Source: Octopus sinensis (Eukaryota). Taken from it: DNA of 35,158 bases. Position numbers and translations under genes: made by a program. The stretch is from positions 1-35,158 of the forward strand of contig NW_021831957.1 of NCBI RefSeq assembly GCF_006345805.1, given 5' to 3'. This document shows, one piece after another, positions 33,596-35,158 of the stretch. How positions within the stretch are numbered: the first letter of the stretch is position 1; each line of letters opens with the position of its first letter. The notes under the pieces are model-generated. The model searched no databases. It was not told the origin of the DNA and saw only the letters and a program-made list of their open reading frames with translations.

Positions 33596-34632
33596 TACTC
33601 TTTTACTCTTTTACTTGTTTCAGTCATTTGACTGCGGCCATGCTGGAGCACCGCCTTTAGTCGAGCAAATCGACCCCAGGACTTATTCTTTGTAAGCCCA
33701 GTACTTATTCTATCGGTCTCTTTTGCCGAACCGCTTAGTGACGGGGACGTAAACACACCAGCATCGGTTGTCAAGCAATGCTAGGGGGTACAAACACAGA
33801 CACATACACATACATACATATACATATATATACATATATACGACAGGCTTCTTTCAGTTTCCGTCTACCAAATCCACTCACAAGGCATTGGTCGACCCAG
33901 GGCTATAGCAGAAGACACTTGCCCAAGATGCCACGCAGTGGGACTGAACCCGGAACCATGTGGTTGGTTAGCAAGCTACTTACCACACAGCCACTCCTGC
34001 GCCTATATGTATGTATATATGTAAATATACATATACAACAGGCTTCTCGCAGTTTGTGTCTATTAAATCCACTCCCAAGGCTTTGTTTGGTTCTAGGCTA
34101 TAGCAGAAGACACTTGTCACACGTTGGGATCAAACTTGGAACTATGTGGTTGGGAAGCAAGCTTCTTACCCCACGACCACTTATAAAAAGTGGTGTATTG
34201 GTTGAGAGATCACATACTCTTTACTCTCTTACTTGTTTCAGTCATTCGACTGCGGCCATGCTGGAGCACCACCTTTAATCAAGCAACTCGACCCCGGGAC
34301 TTATTCTTTTGTAAGTTCAGTACTTATTCTATCGGTCTCTTTTGCCGAACCGCTATGTGACAGGGACGTAAACACACCAGCATCGGTTGTCAAGTAATGC
34401 TAGGAGAACAAACACAGACACACAAACATACATGCACATATATATATATATATATATATACATATATACGACGGACTTCTTACAGTTTCCATCTACCAAA
34501 TCCACTCGCAAGGTTTTGGTCGGCCCAAGGCTATAGTAGAAGACACTTGCCTAAAGTGCCACGCAGTGGGACTGAACCCGGAACCATGTGGTTTGTAAGC
34601 AAGCTACTTACCACACAGCCACTCTTGCGCCT
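33596..34632 (-). mobile_element. Three SINE family B copies (33596-34004, ~34035-34180 diverged, 34214-34632)
   Basis: Reverse complements of 9095-9498. Confidence 0.9.
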
Positions 34633-34810
34633 GAGATGAGAGGGATCATATGTAAATATTGTGTTTAAACGTTCAAATGGGTCCTGCATGGTGATGAGGC
34701 CCATGCAGCCATTTCATTTCCTCATTTTTATATAACATTTCATTCTCATTCGTTTTATGTATTATGTCCCAATTGTGGTGTTGTATCTGTCCTTGTAGTG
34801 TCCCCTTCTG

Positions 34811-35158
34811 GGATCTTTTCGGTTTGAACGGCAGTTTTTTCTAGCGGTGTCGTATGAAATTGTCACCCATAATTATGACCCTAGAATCGATCTATTGCAC
34901 TTCAAACTGTCTTAGGGTTAGGGTTAGGGTATCTTTTTTTCTTCTCAAATGTAAATAAACCCAATCTGTTTGTTAAACGAGGGACATATTCAAACGGCAC
35001 AGAATGTTTTCACCTCAATAGACGTATGATGGTTGGTTGAAATTGCAGAAATTGAAGAAAAAAAAAAAAGCAACAATATATTACAAACTATAGAATTTTC
35101 TCAATAAAGCCAAGAGAAAAATGATGTTTTATAAACACATTCTACCAGTATACGAAGT
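34811..35158. mobile_element. GGATC-terminated transposon, opposite orientation to 26321-26978, cut by window end
   Basis: ggatcttttcggtttgaacggcagttttttctagcggtgtc.. is the reverse complement of 26978 inward; contains (TTAGGG)3. Confidence 0.88.

Noticed and set aside
34912-34930. Telomere
   Set aside because: Only three TTAGGG units, inside a transposon, with a homologous spot at ~26865.

Overview
Repeat-saturated, AT-rich eukaryotic non-coding DNA. The SINE families and microsatellite load look like a coleoid cephalopod, probably Octopus (my recognition, not verified). I find no intact protein-coding gene. Nearly every ORF in the track comes from microsatellites, minisatellites or SINEs. 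The window is a nested mosaic of about five SINE families, 3' ends of Tx1/L1-, CR1/L2-, RTE- and R4/Dong-type LINEs, an internally deleted mariner, a hAT MITE, a GGATC-terminated MITE family, a Helentron-like piece, local tandem arrays and many foldbacks. The strongest unexplained signal is at 2.9-5.3 kb: six minimal type I hammerhead ribozyme motifs in short Penelope-like (PLE) modules within TA microsatellites. Their cores carry three Watson-Crick versions of the 3-8 tertiary pair (C-G, U-A, G-C) plus A6U and U4C variants. A second signal is a ~275-bp tandem array at 25.1-26.1 kb with two hammerhead-like cores per unit, inside a 1.7-kb insert that splits an R4/Dong endonuclease frame.
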